Shown here: positions 61,495-64,000 of the stretch, one piece after another
How positions within the stretch are numbered: the first letter of the stretch is position 1
How the letters are laid out: every line of letters begins with the position of its first letter
Assembly: GCA_039908345.1 (NCBI GenBank)
Contig: JAMOBD010000005.1
Coordinates: 14,273 to 78,272 of the forward strand
Direction: 5' to 3'
Length of the DNA stretch: 64,000 nucleotides
Source: Magnetospirillum sp. WYHS-4
GTDB taxonomy: Bacteria; Pseudomonadota; Alphaproteobacteria; Rhodospirillales; GLO-3
Notes under the pieces: model-generated
What the model was told of the DNA's origin: nothing
What the model saw: the letters and a program-made list of their open reading frames with translations, nothing else
Databases searched by the model: none
Made by a program: the position numbers and the translations under genes

Positions 61495-61863
61495 TCAGGT
61501 GCCCAGCAGGTCGCGCACCCGCTGGGTCAGTTCGCGGGTGGAAAAGGGCTTGGTGACATAAGCCGTGGCTCCGAGCGCCATTCCTTTCTCCTTGTCCACT
61601 TCGCGCCCGCGGGCGGTAAGCATGATGACCTGCACGTCCTGCCAGGCCGGATTGGCACGGATTTGCTGGCAGACATCATAGCCGTCGCGCTTGGGGATCA
61701 TCACGTCGAGCAGCACCAGATCGGGCACCCGATCGGCGATGGCCTTCAGGGCCTCTTCCCCGTCGCGCGCCACCCGCACGTCGAAACCCGCCTGCCTCAT
61801 AAGGAATTCCAGCGACAGCACGATGTTCGGTTCGTCGTCCACCACCAACACGGATTTCGCCAT
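61495..61863 (-). CDS. Single-domain (CheY-like) response regulator
   Basis: VLVVDDEP, phospho-acceptor LVLLDVMIP, and ML(T)ARG..KP. Confidence 0.9.
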   Translation of the reverse strand: MAKSVLVVDDEPNIVLSLEFLMRQAGFDVRVARDGEEALKAIADRVPDLVLLDVMIPKRDGYDVCQQIRANPAWQDVQVIMLTARGREVDKEKGMALGATAYVTKPFSTRELTQRVRDLLGT

Positions 61864-61912
61864 GGCAAGCCCACCTGAAGTTTCGGGTCGGAACCGCTTT
61901 GTCGATTTTGCG

Positions 61913-61926
61913 CCATGCTAGCATGG
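61913..61926. promoter_or_regulatory. Perfect 14-bp palindrome CCATGCTAGCATGG ~50 nt upstream of the response-regulator start (candidate operator)
   Basis: Read directly from the sequence. The function is not established. Confidence 0.3.
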
Positions 61927-62079
61927 ATTACACGGGCTTTCACGCGGCCATAGTTCCTCCTTGACCGTCGCCACGGATTGTACGACCCTGTCGGGCAAAT
62001 CAAGCGAAAGTTCGTCGATATTGTGTTGAAATGTGCTACCATGGACTACATGTCGTGGTCCTTTGGATGGGAGCGGGTT

Positions 62080-62163
62080 ATGAAGCGGATGGGAACGGGA
62101 TTGGCGCTCGGCGTGGCCGCGGTGGCCCTGCTGCTGCGGCGGCGGGCGTCCGGCCTACAGTAA
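62080..62163 (+). CDS. 27-codon mini-ORF encoding a signal-peptide/TM-like sequence (MKRMGTGLALGVAAVALLLRRRASGLQ)
   Basis: GGGAG lies 6 nt upstream of ATG 62080. A hydrophobic core follows basic residues. It ends at TAA 62161-62163, and the downstream low-complexity ORF continues in the +1 frame. Confidence 0.4.
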   Translation: MKRMGTGLALGVAAVALLLRRRASGLQ

Positions 62164-62203
62164 CGGCGGGGCCGGCTACGGGCCGGCAACCTGGGGACCG
62201 GCG

Positions 62204-62686
62204 ATGCCGGGTCGGATGGGAATGCCGCAGGCGGGCTACGGCTACCGGCCGATGGCCTATAATCCGGGGACTCCCTATGCGATGGTGCCGCAGCGGCCGG
62301 CTCCCGTGCCGGTGATGGTCGGCAACGGTCCGCATCCTTCGATGATGGGGGGCGCGGTTCCCTATGGCTACGGCATGCCCTACGCCTATCGGGCGCCCTA
62401 CGGCTTCGGGCCAACCGCCCCCATGATGGCGGCGCCCCAGCCCATGTTGCCCTATCCCCAGGCGCAGCCCCGACTGGTCGGCTGGCCCGGACCGGCCGGT
62501 TTCGGCACCATGCCCATGGCCGGCAGCGGCGCGGTCAGCCGCAACCTGCCGCCTTACGCCATGGCGGTGCCGGAAGGTCCCTACGGCTACCCGTTTGGAA
62601 CGCCCTACGGGCAGTATCCCTGGGCCATGCCGGCACCAGGCCCCTATTATGGACCGGGACCGGGCTGGGGCCCGTCGCGCTGGTAA
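62204..62686 (+). CDS. P/G/Y/M/A-rich low-complexity protein
   Basis: 160 aa from the first ATG. No Lys, Asp, Ile or Cys and a single Glu. Repeated GYG, PYG and MP units. The frame is open and compositionally similar from 62084 but has no ATG, GTG or TTG before 62204. Confidence 0.55.
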   Translation: MPGRMGMPQAGYGYRPMAYNPGTPYAMVPQRPAPVPVMVGNGPHPSMMGGAVPYGYGMPYAYRAPYGFGPTAPMMAAPQPMLPYPQAQPRLVGWPGPAGFGTMPMAGSGAVSRNLPPYAMAVPEGPYGYPFGTPYGQYPWAMPAPGPYYGPGPGWGPSRW

Positions 62687-62699
62687 GCGGAAAGGGCCT

Positions 62700-62906
62700 T
62701 TAGTTGGTGGCGGAACCGGCGGTCAACTCGTTGATCGCCCAGGCTACCGCCGCCCAGCGGTTGGACAACTGGCGGTCGCCGCTGGCGCGCGAACGGTGTG
62801 CCTGTTCCACGGCAACGGCAAAGGCCCCATCGCCATAGCGGCCAATCAGGGAACTGGCCCCTTCCCGGACCTCGGTCTGGCTGACGCCGTGATGCATGAA
62901 GGTCAT
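62700..62906 (-). CDS. Small hypothetical protein, 68 aa (paralog 1)
   Basis: GGAG lies 7 nt upstream. Third positions are G/C-rich. It shares 20/62 identical residues in an ungapped alignment with the adjacent 66-aa ORF. Confidence 0.6.
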   Translation of the reverse strand: MTFMHHGVSQTEVREGASSLIGRYGDGAFAVAVEQAHRSRASGDRQLSNRWAAVAWAINELTAGSATN

Positions 62907-62963
62907 GTGACATCTCCATCAGGTGTCGGACGAATCGACACCGCGAAGATGTGGCGACCTTGG

Positions 62964-62979
62964 TTAAGGGCGGGTTAAG
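62964..62979 (-). promoter_or_regulatory. CtrA-box-like motif; the minus strand reads TTAACCCGCCCTTAAC (TTAA-N7-TTAAC)
   Basis: Read directly from the sequence. It lies 57 nt upstream of the paralog-1 start, and its 5' half-site contains the TAA stop of paralog 2. Confidence 0.5.
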
Positions 62980-63175
62980 CCCCCTGGTGCGTCATGTCGC
63001 CGATAGCGGCGGCCAAGGCGCTCCACTGGAGCGATACGGCGGCGTTGCCGCGGGCGCGGATCTGGGCGGCGCGATCCAGCGCGTAGCGATAGGCGTGGCG
63101 GCCGTGTTCCTGAATCAGCGCCATGGCGCTGTCGCGCATGTCGGGGTCCATGAAGCGATGACGGAGAGTCTGCAT
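62975..63175 (-). CDS. Small hypothetical protein, 66 aa (paralog 2)
   Basis: AAGGA lies ~8 nt upstream. Third positions are G/C-rich. It is co-linear with paralog 1 (shared H6, R14, LI20-21, G25, RA40-41, G43, W51, AI57-58, T62). Confidence 0.6.
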   Translation of the reverse strand: MQTLRHRFMDPDMRDSAMALIQEHGRHAYRYALDRAAQIRARGNAAVSLQWSALAAAIGDMTHQGA

Positions 63176-63238
63176 GAGGATCGTCCTTGTCCTGTCTTTT
63201 CCATGTCTCTTTCCATGGTCGACAGTGGTGGACCGCGA

Positions 63239-63254
63239 TTAAGGCGCGGTTAAG
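63239..63254 (-). promoter_or_regulatory. CtrA-box-like motif; the minus strand reads TTAACCGCGCCTTAAT (TTAA-N7-TTAA)
   Basis: Read directly from the sequence. It lies 63 nt upstream of the paralog-2 start, and its 5' half-site contains the TAA stop of the ABC ATPase gene. It is 275 nt from the other box. Confidence 0.45.
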
Positions 63255-63900
63255 GCACGATGAACTTTCCATGACGCAGTTCGACCCGGCGCGTCGCCAG
63301 TCGATCGACCACGCGCCGGTCGTGAGAGACCATCACCATGGCCTGGGGCAATCCCTCCAGAATGGCCAACAGCCGCTCCAGCGCCTTCTCGTCCAATGCG
63401 TTGGAGGGCTCGTCCAGCAACAGGACCTCGGGCCGCATGGACAGCACGGTCGCCAGGGTGACCAGCCGCTTCTCGCCCCCCGAAAGGCGGATCGCCACCC
63501 GGTCACGGAACTCCGGGATGCCCAGGGCCTCCAGGGTCTCGTCCACCCGCCGCGCCGCCTCGGCACGCCCCAGGCCCAGGTTGAGCGGTCCGAAAGCCAC
63601 GTCCTCGGCAACCGTCGGGCAGAACAACTGGTCGTCGGGGTCCTGGAACAGCAGGCCGGCGCGGGCGCGCACCTCGATGAAATCCTCCTCGGACCGCCGC
63701 TCCCGCCCGAAGGCCGTCACCGTTCCCGCCTGGGGATGCAGCAGGCCCACCATCAAGTGCAGCAAGGTGGTCTTGCCGGTGCCGTTGGCCCCCACCACCG
63801 CCACCCGTTCTCCCGCTGCCAGGGCAAAATCGAGGCCGGCCAGCACCGGCCGGCCGGAGTCATAGGAGAAGCCCAGACCGGAAAGGGAAAACAGGCTCAC
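63250..63900 (-). CDS. cbiO: ABC transporter ATP-binding protein, cobalt/ECF CbiO-like
   Basis: Walker A GANGTGKTT, signature LSGGEKR, Walker B LLLDEP and FQDPDDQLF. The GTG start overlaps the upstream stop (GTGA). Confidence 0.8.
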   Translation of the reverse strand: MSLFSLSGLGFSYDSGRPVLAGLDFALAAGERVAVVGANGTGKTTLLHLMVGLLHPQAGTVTAFGRERRSEEDFIEVRARAGLLFQDPDDQLFCPTVAEDVAFGPLNLGLGRAEAARRVDETLEALGIPEFRDRVAIRLSGGEKRLVTLATVLSMRPEVLLLDEPSNALDEKALERLLAILEGLPQAMVMVSHDRRVVDRLATRRVELRHGKFIVP

Positions 63901-64000
63901 GGCAATGCCTCCAATCCCACCAGGCCGGCTAAGCCGGCCAGGAACAGGACGACGAAGGCCGCGTCCGGCGGTCCGAAGGCCATCTCGTCGACCAAGTGTA
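63897..64000 (-). CDS. 3' end of a membrane protein, probably the ECF/cobalt transporter transmembrane component (CbiQ-like), partial
   Basis: My manual translation of the minus strand gives ..HLVDEMAFGPPDAAFVVLFLAGLAGLVGLEALP*. This is hydrophobic, and the gene is translationally coupled to the cbiO-like gene. The call is by context only. Confidence 0.4.
   Translation of the reverse strand, partial: HLVDEMAFGPPDAAFVVLFLAGLAGLVGLEALP

Noticed and set aside
62158-62166. prfB-style programmed +1 frameshift at CAG-TAA-C joining the mini-ORF to the P/G/Y/M-rich ORF.
   Set aside because: It is not supported as programmed recoding. The P-site codon CAG would re-pair poorly in the +1 frame, and there is no SD-like stimulator at the prfB-type spacing. 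An indel or pseudogene is at least as likely. The observation is kept as a finding, and the mechanism is left open.
1-64000. Scan for rRNA, tRNA, CRISPR arrays, transposases, integrases and phage genes.
   Set aside because: None was recognised by eye in any intergenic region or ORF translation. A tRNAscan, Infernal or ISfinder run would be needed to exclude small or degenerate elements.

Overview
This is a GC-rich (roughly two-thirds G+C by eye, not computed), densely coding chromosomal segment with about 65 supportable protein genes. I found no rRNA, tRNA, CRISPR array, transposase or integrase. A stand-alone alpha-type rpsD (S4 ending in VEFYSR), lysC/ptsP adjacency and sdhCDAB suggest an alphaproteobacterium, possibly Rhodospirillales-like; that is a guess.

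Housekeeping blocks:
- ubiG, lysC, ptsP
- rodZ-ispG-hisS-hemA(GluTR)-prfA-prmC
- epmA/epmB
- rrf2-cysK-moeB-dsrE-like
- dut-coaBC
- sdhCDAB-cobO
- zapE, nadE-gltX-cysS, rpsD

Accessory or signalling content:
- the end of a type II DMSO-reductase-family alpha/beta pair
- an orphan histidine kinase + periplasmic binding protein + hemerythrin module, bracketed by inverted copies of a ~48-nt palindromic repeat
- two tandem HExxH secreted paralogs
- an arsC-acr3-gapdh-arsJ arsenic cluster with no arsR
- a secreted esterase, siaABCD-type c-di-GMP module and thermonuclease block
- an MNT/HEPN pair
- a cNMP-binding/TPR protein divergent from a DUF123 GIY-YIG-like gene
- a response regulator, small membrane protein and SSF/STAC histidine kinase operon

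The observations I rate highest:
1. Two tandem paralogous 66-68 aa ORFs, each preceded by a CtrA-box-like TTAA-N7-TTAA motif that overlaps the upstream stop codon.
2. A signal-peptide-like mini-ORF followed in the +1 frame by a P/G/Y/M-rich low-complexity ORF that stays open upstream of its first ATG.
3. The cysteine-less Rrf2-cysK-moeB-dsrE-like operon.
4. The 48-nt inverted repeat pair.
5. A ~790-bp ORF-free GC-rich gap upstream of sdhC that contains a 63-nt Y-shaped stem-loop.

All family calls come from motif recognition by eye. No database search was run.
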